The notes below the pieces were generated by a model. It saw nothing but the letters and a program-made list of their open reading frames with translations. It was not told where the DNA came from and made no database searches. Shown here one piece after another: positions 10,336 to 20,166 of a stretch of 64,000 nt of DNA (position 1 is its first letter; each line of letters begins with the position of its first letter). Origin of the DNA: an uncultured Aliarcobacter sp. Its GTDB lineage: Bacteria; Campylobacterota; Campylobacteria; Campylobacterales; Arcobacteraceae. Both the position numbers and the translations under genes were made by a program. The DNA is taken from positions 2,117 through 66,116 of the forward strand of contig CAYLKG010000002.1 in assembly GCA_964384195.1 (NCBI GenBank), in the 5' to 3' direction.

Positions 10336-11204
10336 TATTTTTTACCGTTATCTTTTTTTTCTTGTTTTTTCTCATCTTTAATTGATTTATCATAAAAGTA
10401 GTTTGTAGCTTTTATAAATCCATCAATACTTCCACAGTCAAATCTTTGTCCCTCAAATTTATATGCTAAAACCATACCTTTTTTTGCTTGAGTTAAAAGC
10501 GCATCTGTAATTTGAATCTCTCCACCTTTTCCTGGTTTTGTATCTCTGATAATGTCAAAAATATCTGGAGTTAAAATATATCTTCCAATAATTGCTAAGT
10601 TCGAAGGAGCAACTTCTGGTTCAGGTTTTTCAACCATGTCTTTTACCATAAAAATTCCTGGTTCGATCTCGTTTCCTGCAATAACTCCATATTTATTTGT
10701 ATCTTCTTTTGGAATTTCTTCAATAGCAACAATAGAACAGTGATATTTTTTGTATAAATCAACCATTTGTGATAAAACACCTTTCGAAGGTGAATCACAT
10801 AAGTCATCTGCTAGTAAAACAGCAAAAGGTTGGTCACCAATTAGATTTTCACCACATAAAATGGCATGTCCTAAACCTTTCATTTCAATTTGTCTAGTAT
10901 ATGAGAAAGTACATTTTGTAATAACACTTCTAATCTCTGTTAAGTAGTGTTCTTTGCTTGTTCCTTTAATTTGATGCTCAAGTTCATAAGAGATATCAAA
11001 GTGATCTTCAATTGCTCTTTTTCCTCTACCTGTTACTATAGCCATATTTTCAATACCAGCAGCAAGTGCTTCCTCAACTCCATATTGAATCAAAGGTTTA
11101 GTTAAAACAGGTAACATTTCTTTTGGTGTTGCTTTTGTTGCAGGTAAAAATCTTGTACCATAACCAGCAGCTGGGAATAAACATTTTTTGATTGGATTTG
11201 TCAT
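10335..11204 (-). CDS. galU: UTP-glucose-1-phosphate uridylyltransferase
   Basis: PAAGYGTRFLPATKATPKEMLP, VEKP, GEIQITDAL. Confidence 0.96.
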   Translation of the reverse strand: MTNPIKKCLFPAAGYGTRFLPATKATPKEMLPVLTKPLIQYGVEEALAAGIENMAIVTGRGKRAIEDHFDISYELEHQIKGTSKEHYLTEIRSVITKCTFSYTRQIEMKGLGHAILCGENLIGDQPFAVLLADDLCDSPSKGVLSQMVDLYKKYHCSIVAIEEIPKEDTNKYGVIAGNEIEPGIFMVKDMVEKPEPEVAPSNLAIIGRYILTPDIFDIIRDTKPGKGGEIQITDALLTQAKKGMVLAYKFEGQRFDCGSIDGFIKATNYFYDKSIKDEKKQEKKDNGKK

Positions 11205-11205
11205 C

Positions 11206-12582
11206 TTAGTTTCCTTTTAAGTTGTTAAATAATTTTATTAATGCATCTTCATAGATTTTTGCATTCTCTTTTGTACCAGCTTCAAATCTAGTTACTAATT
11301 TTGGAGTTGTATTACTAGCTCGTACTAATCCCCAACCTTTCTCAAAAATAACTCTTACACCATCAACAGTAATGATATCCTTAATTTTTGGGAAATCTAA
11401 AGGTGGATTTTGTAAAGCTGTCTTTAAATCTTCAATAATTTTAAATTTTGTCTCTTCTGTTACAGTTATATTTATTTCAGGAGTTGAGTAAACTTGAGGT
11501 AGAGCTTCATACTCTTTATCAAAATCAAAACCAGCATCAATTAATTCTAAAGCTCTAAATGTTGCATAAATAGCATCATCATAACCAAAATATCTATCAT
11601 TAAAAAATAAGTGACCTGATACCTCAGCTGCAAAAGATGCATTTGTTTCTTTAATTTTTACTTTTAAGTTTGAATGACCTGTCTTATACATAATAGCTTT
11701 ACCATAAGAGTTTATAGTATCATACATAACTTGCGAACACTTAACTTCACCAATAACTGTAGGATTTTTTATATGTTTAGAGAAAAATATCGCTAAGATA
11801 TCACCTTTAAAGTTATATTTTGGAGAGAGTAGGGCAATTCTATCTGCATCTCCATCATAAGCAAAACCAAAATCAAATTTTCCACTAGCAAGCTCTTTTT
11901 TGATATCTTCTAAAGTATGCTCATCACTTGGATCTGGATGGTGATTTGGAAAATTCCCATCTGGCTCTTCAAATAAAATTTTATGTTTAATATTTAATTT
12001 TGTTAAAATTTCACCTAAAACAACACCAGCAACACCATTTCCACAATCAAAAACAAACTCTTTATTTGTTAATTTTAAATGAGAGAAGTGTTTTACAATA
12101 TAATCAATATATCTATTTTTACTATCAATTTTTATAGTTGCTTCATTGTTTTCAATAGTTGAGTTATCTGCTAAAATCTCTCTTCCTAAAGCATAGATAT
12201 CTTCACCAAAAAATGGATCTTTATTTAAAGTGATTTTAAATCCATTGTATTCAGGAGGATTATGTGAACCTGTAATCATCACAGAACCATCACATTTTAA
12301 GCCATCAAAATCTGTAAAATTTGCAAAGTAATTTGCAGGAGTTGGAACTAATCCCATATCAAGAACTTTTAATCCAGCTTTATTTATACCTGAGCTTAAC
12401 CAATTTTTTAAAGTTGGTGAATGAAGTCTTGCATCATAACCAACAGCCATATATAAAGCATTTGGAACTCTTTTTAGTAAAGATTTTGCCAAATAAAATC
12501 CAATCTTTTTTACAATATCCTCATTCAATTCTTTTTGAAAAATCCCTCTGATATCGTACTCTCTAAATATAGATGCACTCAT
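11206..12582 (-). CDS. pgm: Phosphomannomutase/phosphoglucomutase
   Basis: FREYDIRG, ITGSHNPPEYNG, DGDADR, AEVSGH, RASNTTP. Confidence 0.93.
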   Translation of the reverse strand: MSASIFREYDIRGIFQKELNEDIVKKIGFYLAKSLLKRVPNALYMAVGYDARLHSPTLKNWLSSGINKAGLKVLDMGLVPTPANYFANFTDFDGLKCDGSVMITGSHNPPEYNGFKITLNKDPFFGEDIYALGREILADNSTIENNEATIKIDSKNRYIDYIVKHFSHLKLTNKEFVFDCGNGVAGVVLGEILTKLNIKHKILFEEPDGNFPNHHPDPSDEHTLEDIKKELASGKFDFGFAYDGDADRIALLSPKYNFKGDILAIFFSKHIKNPTVIGEVKCSQVMYDTINSYGKAIMYKTGHSNLKVKIKETNASFAAEVSGHLFFNDRYFGYDDAIYATFRALELIDAGFDFDKEYEALPQVYSTPEINITVTEETKFKIIEDLKTALQNPPLDFPKIKDIITVDGVRVIFEKGWGLVRASNTTPKLVTRFEAGTKENAKIYEDALIKLFNNLKGN

Positions 12583-12756
12583 TTAAATATAACTCCTACT
12601 GTGTAATTAAAAAATTGTGTAATTTTACCTGAAAATTGTTGAATAATTGTATTAAACTTTCTATTTTAACGAAGCTAGAAAGATATTTTGTATCATAAAA
12701 TTATATTTTTTCATTTTTTAGGTATATTTAGAAAAATTTATAGAAAGTTTTTAGAT

Positions 12757-12789
12757 AAAAAGGGTCTAAATTTATTAACCCCTTTTTTT
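12757..12789 (-). terminator. Intrinsic terminator downstream of the MBL-GGDEF-GGDEF operon
   Basis: Minus strand GGGGTTAA-taaat-TTA(G)ACCC followed by TTTTT. Confidence 0.55.
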
Positions 12790-12931
12790 ATTCAATGATA
12801 TTAGCCAATTAGTTTTGAAACTATTTGAGTTGTAGTTATTGCAGAGTTTATATTTTCTATTACCTAAGAGTAGCCGTTTGACAGTGTTAATAAGTTATTT
12901 AAATATTATTAAAGATATTAAGAAATGAATT

Positions 12932-13926
12932 TTAAAAAAATTCTACTGCATCATCAAAAATTTGAATACCATCAGCTGCTGTTAGATCACTATATTTTAA
13001 GAATTGTGCCCTTCCTTTATTTTTTGCTTCATAAAGTGCTACATCTGAATGTTTTATTGAATCATTGATTGTTTCTTTAGAATTTAAAACAAATTTATTC
13101 ATTCCAATACATATTGTCTTTTTCAAAATTTGTTTATTTTTATCATCAACAATAATATCTGTATTTGCAAAATCATCAATTATTTTTAAAGCCAAAGATT
13201 CTACTTGATTTTCATTTGAATTACTTAATATTGATACCAAAAATTCATCTGTTCCAAGTCTTCCAACTAAATCAAAACTATCTATATTAGAGTGAATAAC
13301 TCTTGCAAGTTCAACCAAAACTTTATCTGCAATATCATAATCAAATTCATCGATTACAGCTTTAAATCTATCTACTCCTATCATTAAAAAGAAAATCTCT
13401 TCTTGATTTTTATTTGATAATCTTAAATGATTTGTAAGATTTTGGATTAAATAAGTTCTATTATAAACATTTGTAACAGAATCAAGAGATGCTGATTCGA
13501 TAAAGTTCTTCTTTAAAATAAGACTTTGTATTATAGGAGAAACTTGAAAAAATGCGGCTTGTATTGTTTCGTAATTATCTTCTATAATCTTATGATGGAT
13601 TTTTGAGTTTGCACAAAAAGATACAGTTGCATTTAGACTTATATGTGTATTTATTATAAAAAAGTGAGAAAAATCATCATCAAGAAAAAAACCCTCACCT
13701 TTTAAAAAATCACATCTTTATTGTTTTTATTTATATCAAATAGGCTAAATTCTATATTTGTGATTTTAAACTCATATTCAAGCCAATTGAAAATATCTTC
13801 AGATAATTGTTTTAAATTCGTAGAATAAGTTAACTGTTCTTGGAGAGAAAAAATACTTTCAAGAGACCTATATATAAATTCATTTGTAGCAGAAGATTTT
13901 ATTAATTCCATCATTTTATATTTCAT
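12932..13926 (-). pseudogene. Degenerate GGDEF-domain protein (GTDEF), frameshifted
   Basis: 74-aa ORF ends ATT TTT TAA at 13702; one extra T in the T6 run (13704-13709) gives an open 331-aa frame continuing LKGEGFFLDD...LDSVTNVYNRTY into the 12932..13384 ORF. Confidence 0.85.
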
Positions 13927-13933
13927 GTATTTC

Positions 13934-14836
13934 CTAAAATAGTTCTATTTTATTTGTTTCTTCATCATTAAATAAAAACACCTTATTACGACCTTTATTT
14001 CTAGCTTCATAAAGTGCAATATCAGACTTTTTAATTATTTCATCTATTGTTGTTGCATTATCTGGAAAAATAGATATCCCTCCACATATTGTTTTCATCA
14101 ATACTTGTTGGCTATCTTCATTTACTAAAACTTTTTCATTACTAAAATTACTTATTAATTTTTCAGCTATCATCACCGCATTTGTATCTGAAAGAATATT
14201 TAACAAAATAACTAAAAACTCATCATTTGAAATTTTTATTACAATATCAGATTCTCTTAAACTATTTTTTAGTGAATCTGCCAAAGCTTTTAGAACTTTA
14301 TCACCCATTTCATAATCAAATTCATCTATTACAGCCTTAAACTGATCGATTCCAATTTTTACGAAGGCTATTTTTTTCTCTTCTCTAGTAGAAAGACTCA
14401 ATAAATTTCTAACATAATTATTTAGATAGTTACGATTATAAGAGCCTGTTATTGGATCAATTAAAGTTAAATTATTTATAGCTTTTTCTATGTACTTACT
14501 GTATAAAGATTGAGAAAATACTTGAAGTGCCATTTTTATATTTTCTAAATGTTCAGAAAGGTCTTTTGCTTCATCTTAATCATTTAATAAAAATGTAAAT
14601 CTTATGATTGTATTTATGCTCTCATAAAAATCTAAAGAGATTTTTAGATAATCAGCTTCTTCATCAAAAAAAGAGAATATATTTTCTTTTTTATCTTCTT
14701 TATAAACATCAATCTTAATAGCATTTACACCATGGTGAATATTAAGATATTCAAAAATATTTAAAGCACTTTTATCTAAATCTGAAATCTTTAACTTATT
14801 GTTCTCACTCATAATTAATTCACAAGAATATTGCAT
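13934..14836 (-). pseudogene. Degenerate GGDEF-domain protein (SNDEF), interrupted by in-frame stop
   Basis: 86-aa ORF ends in TAA at 14576-14578; the same frame continues DEAKDLSEHLENIK directly into the 199-aa GGDEF ORF (300 aa total). Confidence 0.85.
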
Positions 14837-14842
14837 ATATCT

Positions 14843-15442
14843 TTACGCCTTTATGTATTTTTCCCATTGTTTTATAGTTTGGACTTCATTACTTAGTGTC
14901 GTTTTTGAACCATGTCCTGGATAAATATGGTAATTATCTTCCCATTCTAAAATTTTTTGAAGGCTTTTTTTCATATCACTTGCATTTGACATTGGAAAAT
15001 CAAATCTTCCAATAGTTCCACTAAATATAAAATCCCCACTAAAAAGTGAACCATTTATTTCAATCACGCTACATCCAGGAGTATGTCCTGGGAAATGATG
15101 AAATTTTATTTTAACTCCAAAAAGTTCAAGTTCTTCATCTGGATTTACTAAGACATCAGCATAAGAAGGAGGCATACCAAGACTATATGGATTTAATGTA
15201 AGCATAAATTCATCATCTTTTGGTATATAAAGTTTTATATTAAAAAGTTCTTTTACCTCTTGATTTGACCACACGTGATCAAAATGACCATGTGTATTTA
15301 AAACAGCAACTGGATTTTTAGCATTTTGCTTAACCCAAGCAGTTGCGCCAACTCCTGGGTCTATTATAAAGTCTTTTTCATCAATACTAACAATATAACA
15401 ATTTGTTCCGTAATCCCCCATAGGATGAACTTTTATATCCAT
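14843..15442 (-). CDS. MBL-fold metallo-hydrolase (glyoxalase II/YcbL-like)
   Basis: THGHFDH, PGHTPG, SGDFIF, PGHG. Confidence 0.9.
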   Translation of the reverse strand: MDIKVHPMGDYGTNCYIVSIDEKDFIIDPGVGATAWVKQNAKNPVAVLNTHGHFDHVWSNQEVKELFNIKLYIPKDDEFMLTLNPYSLGMPPSYADVLVNPDEELELFGVKIKFHHFPGHTPGCSVIEINGSLFSGDFIFSGTIGRFDFPMSNASDMKKSLQKILEWEDNYHIYPGHGSKTTLSNEVQTIKQWEKYIKA

Positions 15443-15496
15443 TTTAAACCTTACTTCGCTAAAATTTAATTCATTATATCAAAAAAAGGTTAATTT

Positions 15497-16315
15497 ATGG
15501 ATTATTTTTCTATTTTGGAAGCAATTTTATTTGAAAATTTACCACAAAAAAAATTTAAAATGTTTGATGATTTTTATAAGAATTTTTTAGAAAATAATTT
15601 AACTTTTAATAATAATTATAAAGCACCAAAATTGGACATTCCATCATATGAAAGCTTTTTAAATATTGTAAAACCAACTGCTTTGCCACCTATTAAGAAT
15701 TTTAAATCTATTGAAGGCAAAAAATATTTAGTTCACACAATTTTGCATATTGAATATAGTGCAATTGATTTAGCTTTAGATGCTGCTTTAAGATATCAAA
15801 ATATGCCAATAAATTATTATAAAGATTGGCTAGAAGTAGCAAATGATGAAATTAGACATTTTTTGATGTTAGAAGAGTTATTAAAAGAAATAGATGGATT
15901 TTATGGAGAATTTGATGTACATAAGAATCTTTTTGAAGCAATGCAACAAACACCAGATTTTCTCAGTAGAATGGCTTGTGTTCCTAGATATTTAGAAGCA
16001 AATGGACTTGACCAAAACCCAAAAATAATGGAAAAATTAAATTCAAATAGAGATGATTTTAATATTAAATTCATAAAAGCTTTAGAAATTATTTTAAAAG
16101 AGGAAGTTGATCATGTCAAAAAGGGTGATAATTGGTTTAAATATGAGTGTAAAAGACTGAATTTAGACCCAAAAGAGACATATTTTGAAGCAATAGAGAG
16201 AATTTTTCCTGGTAGTACAAAAAGAAAAATGGATTTAAATTTCTTTGCTAGAAAAGAGGCTGGTTTTTCGTGTGATGAATTGAAATTTTTGTCTAAAAAA
16301 GAAGACTGCTTTTAG
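15497..16315 (+). CDS. DUF455 ferritin-like protein
   Basis: HIEYSAIDLALD, DEIRHF, LEANGLD, EEVDHV diiron-type motifs. Confidence 0.85.
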   Translation: MDYFSILEAILFENLPQKKFKMFDDFYKNFLENNLTFNNNYKAPKLDIPSYESFLNIVKPTALPPIKNFKSIEGKKYLVHTILHIEYSAIDLALDAALRYQNMPINYYKDWLEVANDEIRHFLMLEELLKEIDGFYGEFDVHKNLFEAMQQTPDFLSRMACVPRYLEANGLDQNPKIMEKLNSNRDDFNIKFIKALEIILKEEVDHVKKGDNWFKYECKRLNLDPKETYFEAIERIFPGSTKRKMDLNFFARKEAGFSCDELKFLSKKEDCF

Positions 16316-16389
16316 TTGATTTAAGTTAAGAAGTACATTTTAATATTTGGTTAGAATTTGTTAAGATTTTAATAAATTTAGAGGAAAAA

Positions 16390-16593
16390 ATGGAAATAGC
16401 AAACATAACAGAAGTTGTAATTTTTTTAATTTTTATCTTAGCCTTGATGGCCTTTTCACTCTCTCCAGCAATTTATGTTAGTGAGAAGTTGGCTTTAAAA
16501 TCAACTTTTATACAAAGACATTCGACTAAGTTTTCTATTGTTTTGACACTGTTTTTTGCTATTTTAGCAACTATTTTTATATTCAAATTTTGA
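16390..16593 (+). CDS. Small two-TM hypothetical membrane protein
   Basis: GAGGA RBS, 67 aa with two hydrophobic segments. Confidence 0.65.
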   Translation: MEIANITEVVIFLIFILALMAFSLSPAIYVSEKLALKSTFIQRHSTKFSIVLTLFFAILATIFIFKF

Positions 16594-16622
16594 AAAAACT
16601 AAAACTTATAATTAAAATTTAA

Positions 16623-17213
16623 TTATAAATTTATATCAAAAATAAGAATTGGTATTCCATTTTTTTCTTGTGTGTAGAGTTTTGTGCTAATCTTTTGAGA
16701 AAAGAGTACTCCTTGCAGAGTTTTTAATATATGCCAAAATTTTTCGTTAAACGGAATATTTAATCTCTTAATTTTTTTATGCTTTATTAAATTGGCAATA
16801 CTTAAAATAGCACTATAATAAAAGATTTTATTTTTTGCTCTATTTATTCTATAAGTTTTTTTATAATTAAGATTATTTATGTATGTATCTTTTTCTATTT
16901 TGCTAATATTTCTTCTATTTTCTATTTCAAGAGATTTAATTTCTAAATTTTTCTTATAATTTTCCAATTTAAAATTTATATCATCTTCTAATTTTGGGTC
17001 TAATTCTAAAATTTTCTTGTACAATCTATTAGCATTTGAGTTATCAATCTTGATTGAATAAGAGTGATTTCTTTGTACTTCATAATCACTGTCAACCGCG
17101 TTTAAAACCTCATAAACATAAGGCAAATAGATATATTTATCATCTTTACCCTGTTTATAAGAGATACCATATTGGCTTATAACTGGTCTAAAACCTACAT
17201 AATTGAAATTCAT
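16623..17213 (-). CDS. Hypothetical protein co-transcribed with dnaJ
   Basis: 196-aa ORF starting 6 bp after dnaJ stop; no recognisable motif. Confidence 0.7.
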   Translation of the reverse strand: MNFNYVGFRPVISQYGISYKQGKDDKYIYLPYVYEVLNAVDSDYEVQRNHSYSIKIDNSNANRLYKKILELDPKLEDDINFKLENYKKNLEIKSLEIENRRNISKIEKDTYINNLNYKKTYRINRAKNKIFYYSAILSIANLIKHKKIKRLNIPFNEKFWHILKTLQGVLFSQKISTKLYTQEKNGIPILIFDINL

Positions 17214-17219
17214 AAAGAA

Positions 17220-18332
17220 TTAAGAAAACCACTTCTTAACTTTGTCAAACATTCCTTCAAATTTTGTTTCATGAGGTGTACTCTCAAGACCAAAACTCTC
17301 TTGAAGTTTTGAGAGTAGTTCTTTTTGCTCATTGTTTAAAGATTTTGGATATTCAATTTTAACTTGAATAATCAAATCTCCTCTTCTATTGCTTTGAGCA
17401 GATTTTACACCTTCATTTCTAAATGTAAACTGCTGCTTGTCTTTTGTTCCTTTTGGAATTTCAAGCTCAAGTTCTCCTCTTAGGGTTGGAACTTTAATTT
17501 TTGCTCCCAATGCTACTTGAGTAAAGAAAATAGGGGCTTCAAAGTAAATATCATCATCATGTCTTACAAAATGACTATCTTCTTTTACTTTTATTTGAAT
17601 ATATAAATCTCCTCTTTCACCATTTGGAGCAATATTTCCTCTATTTGAAACTCTCATTCTCATTCCATCGTTAATTCCTTCTGGGATGTCAACTTTGAAA
17701 CTATCTTTTTGTTCTTCATATCCAGAACCTTTGCAAGAGTTACAAGCATTTGCTTTTGCTTTTCCTGTTCCCGCACAAGTTGGACATGTTTGTGCAAAAG
17801 TCATAAATCCTTGTCTTGAATGAACCTGTCCTTGACCGCCACAAGTTCGACAAGTTTCAAGCTTACCATCTTTTGCCCCTGTACCATTACAAGGTTTACA
17901 AGCTGTTTTGTATTTATAATTTATCTCTTTTTTACATCCAAAAACAGCTTCATTAAACTCTAAAGTTAAATCAACTGCTGTATCTAGGTTATAATTATAT
18001 GTTTTTCTCTCTCTTCTTTGGCTTCTTCCGCCAAAGCCAAACATCTCTTCAAAAATAGAACCTAGATCGTCAAAACCACCGAATCCACCGCCTCTTTGAC
18101 CATGACCTTCAAGACCAGCTTTACCATATTTATCATAAACCGCTCTTTTTTCATCATCACTTAAAACTTGATAGGCTTCATTTATTGCTTTAAATTTCTC
18201 TTCAGCTTCACTATTTCCTGGGTTTTTATCTGGATGATATTGCATAGCTAGCTTTCTGTATGCTTTTTTTATAACAGTCTTGTCAGCACTTCTTTCTATT
18301 TCTAATAATCCATAATAGTCAATTTCAACCAA
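17220..18332 (-). CDS. dnaJ: Chaperone DnaJ
   Basis: J-domain HPD, CxxCxGxG zinc-finger repeats; TTG at 18332 fits GGAG spacing better than 18338. Confidence 0.97.
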   Translation of the reverse strand: MVEIDYYGLLEIERSADKTVIKKAYRKLAMQYHPDKNPGNSEAEEKFKAINEAYQVLSDDEKRAVYDKYGKAGLEGHGQRGGGFGGFDDLGSIFEEMFGFGGRSQRRERKTYNYNLDTAVDLTLEFNEAVFGCKKEINYKYKTACKPCNGTGAKDGKLETCRTCGGQGQVHSRQGFMTFAQTCPTCAGTGKAKANACNSCKGSGYEEQKDSFKVDIPEGINDGMRMRVSNRGNIAPNGERGDLYIQIKVKEDSHFVRHDDDIYFEAPIFFTQVALGAKIKVPTLRGELELEIPKGTKDKQQFTFRNEGVKSAQSNRRGDLIIQVKIEYPKSLNNEQKELLSKLQESFGLESTPHETKFEGMFDKVKKWFS

Positions 18333-18442
18333 AATCAATTCTCCATATAATAATAAATTTTAATTTTAAAAAGTCAAATGGTATCAAAAAAGATAATAAT
18401 TTTAAATTAATTGATTAATTTTTATTTAGATATAATCCCAAA

Positions 18443-19015
18443 ATGAATAGAGGATTAGAAAAATTTTATGAATTAGTTGAAGCTTTTGAATCTCTTCCAA
18501 GTGTAGGAAAAAAATCAGCCTTGAGACTTGCTTATCATATTGTAATGAATGATAACTATTGTGGTATAAAGCTTGCCCATACAATAGAGAATGCCCTTAA
18601 AAATATTACAAAATGCAAAAGATGTGGATCTATGAGTGAGCATGAAATTTGTGATTTTTGTTTAGATGAAACTAGAGATGGAGAGAAGCTTTGTATTGTT
18701 CAAAGTGCAAAAGATATTTTTATAATAGAAGATTCTAAAACTTTTGATGGAAGATATTTTGTAATCGATGAATTGGAGATTGATAAAATAAATTTACTTC
18801 AAAAATTTATAATAAATAATAGTGTTAAAAGTGTACTGTTTGCTATCACTCCATCTATTGCAAATGATGCTTTTATTCTATTTATTGAAAGTAAACTAAA
18901 AGATTATAATTTACAGTTTTCAAAAATTGCACAAGGTGTTCCAACTGGAGTTAGTCTTGAAAATGTAGATATTTTATCACTATCAAAAGCTATACAAAGT
19001 AAAGTGGAGATTTGA
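18443..19015 (+). CDS. recR: Recombination mediator RecR
   Basis: LPSVGKKSALRLAY, CxxC...CxxC zinc finger, IAQGVPTG. Confidence 0.95.
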   Translation: MNRGLEKFYELVEAFESLPSVGKKSALRLAYHIVMNDNYCGIKLAHTIENALKNITKCKRCGSMSEHEICDFCLDETRDGEKLCIVQSAKDIFIIEDSKTFDGRYFVIDELEIDKINLLQKFIINNSVKSVLFAITPSIANDAFILFIESKLKDYNLQFSKIAQGVPTGVSLENVDILSLSKAIQSKVEI

Positions 19016-19020
19016 GATAG

Positions 19021-19197
19021 ATGCAAAAAAGAATTATTTGCCAAAAGTGTATATATTATTATGTTACGTGGGAAGCAAATAGAGGTCATGGATGCAAGGC
19101 TTATGGTTTTAAATCGGGTCAACTTCCATCAGTTATCGTAAAAAGAAGTAGTGGTGAAGATTGTAAATTTTATTCACCAAAAGTTTTTGAAGAATAA
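19021..19197 (+). CDS. Small Cys-rich putative metal-binding protein (58 aa, absent from ORF track)
   Basis: MQKRIICQKCIYYYVTWEANRGHGCKAYGFKSGQLPSVIVKRSSGEDCKFYSPKVFEE; ATG 5 bp after recR stop; four Cys. Confidence 0.75.
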   Translation: MQKRIICQKCIYYYVTWEANRGHGCKAYGFKSGQLPSVIVKRSSGEDCKFYSPKVFEE

Positions 19198-19228
19198 AAA
19201 ATTTAATAAATAAAAATAGGAGAATAAA

Positions 19229-20155
19229 TTGATTTACAAAGATTTTAAAGAGAGTGTTAAAAGTTTGGGATTTCTAACAATTGAAGATTTCATAAAATAC
19301 GCAGGAATCAACTCTGATGAGATTTTATCTTGGGAAGCAAAAAATGAAGTTCCTTATACTATTTCATTGTTGCTACATATCTTAAAAGGTGAAAAAGAAG
19401 TTCTTCCAACAAATTGGGCATTACAAAGTATAGTTGAAGAGTGTTTACCTCTTGCAACACTACTTGAAGAAGCTTCATCTTTCCCTCACAAATTAGAAGA
19501 GATGTTTTTACTACAAAAAAAGCTAAATGACTCAACAAATGGTAAAAATTGGGAATTGGGTGAAAATAAATTTGGCAAAGAAATAAATTGGTTAAGATGT
19601 ATACATATGGAGGTTTCAGAGCTAATTGAATCAACTCCTTGGAAACATTGGAAAAATATAAATTCAAGTCCTGATATGAATAATATTCATGTTGAATTAG
19701 TCGATATTTGGCATTTTTTAATGAGTTATATTTTACAAGAGACGAATGTACCAAAAGCTGTATCTTTGGTAAATACTCACTGTATTTATGAGGCGAATGA
19801 AGATATTGATATAAAAACAATGGTTAAAGAAGCTGAAAAATTATCTTATATTGCTTTAGCTATTGATACAGGAAATATGCCATCGCTTAGTGGGATTGAA
19901 AGATTTATTGATCAATTTTTTAGATGTTGTAAAATTTCTGGTTTATCATTTACTTGGCTTCAAAAACTTTATATTGGTAAAAACTGCTTAAATCAATTTA
20001 GACAAGACAATGGCTATAAAGAAGGAATTTACAAAAAAATCTGGAATGGAAAAGAGGACAATGTTGTAATGGTATCTCTTTTAGAAAAAATTGAAAGCGT
20101 AAGTTTCAATGAGCTATATGAAAATTTAAGAATTGAATACGAATTAGTAAAATAA
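19229..20155 (+). CDS. dut: Dimeric all-alpha dUTPase with N-terminal XRE/Cro-like HTH extension
   Basis: MEVSELIESTPWKHWK, VELVDIWHF, KNCLNQFRQDNGYKEG; about 85 extra N-terminal aa; TTG start behind AGGAG. Confidence 0.85.
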   Translation: MIYKDFKESVKSLGFLTIEDFIKYAGINSDEILSWEAKNEVPYTISLLLHILKGEKEVLPTNWALQSIVEECLPLATLLEEASSFPHKLEEMFLLQKKLNDSTNGKNWELGENKFGKEINWLRCIHMEVSELIESTPWKHWKNINSSPDMNNIHVELVDIWHFLMSYILQETNVPKAVSLVNTHCIYEANEDIDIKTMVKEAEKLSYIALAIDTGNMPSLSGIERFIDQFFRCCKISGLSFTWLQKLYIGKNCLNQFRQDNGYKEGIYKKIWNGKEDNVVMVSLLEKIESVSFNELYENLRIEYELVK

Positions 20156-20166
20156 AGGAGCAAATT

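Noticed and set aside
12790-12885. Possible c-di-GMP-I riboswitch (GCCAAT...TGAAAC...CCTAA...GTAGCCG fragments) near the GGDEF genes
   Set aside because: No GACGCAAA junction, stems do not form with correct spacing, and it lies downstream of the genes rather than in a leader
13700-13710. Canonical programmed -1 frameshift site
   Set aside because: The run is not in X_XXY_YYZ phase and no stimulatory structure is evident; mutation is the simpler explanation
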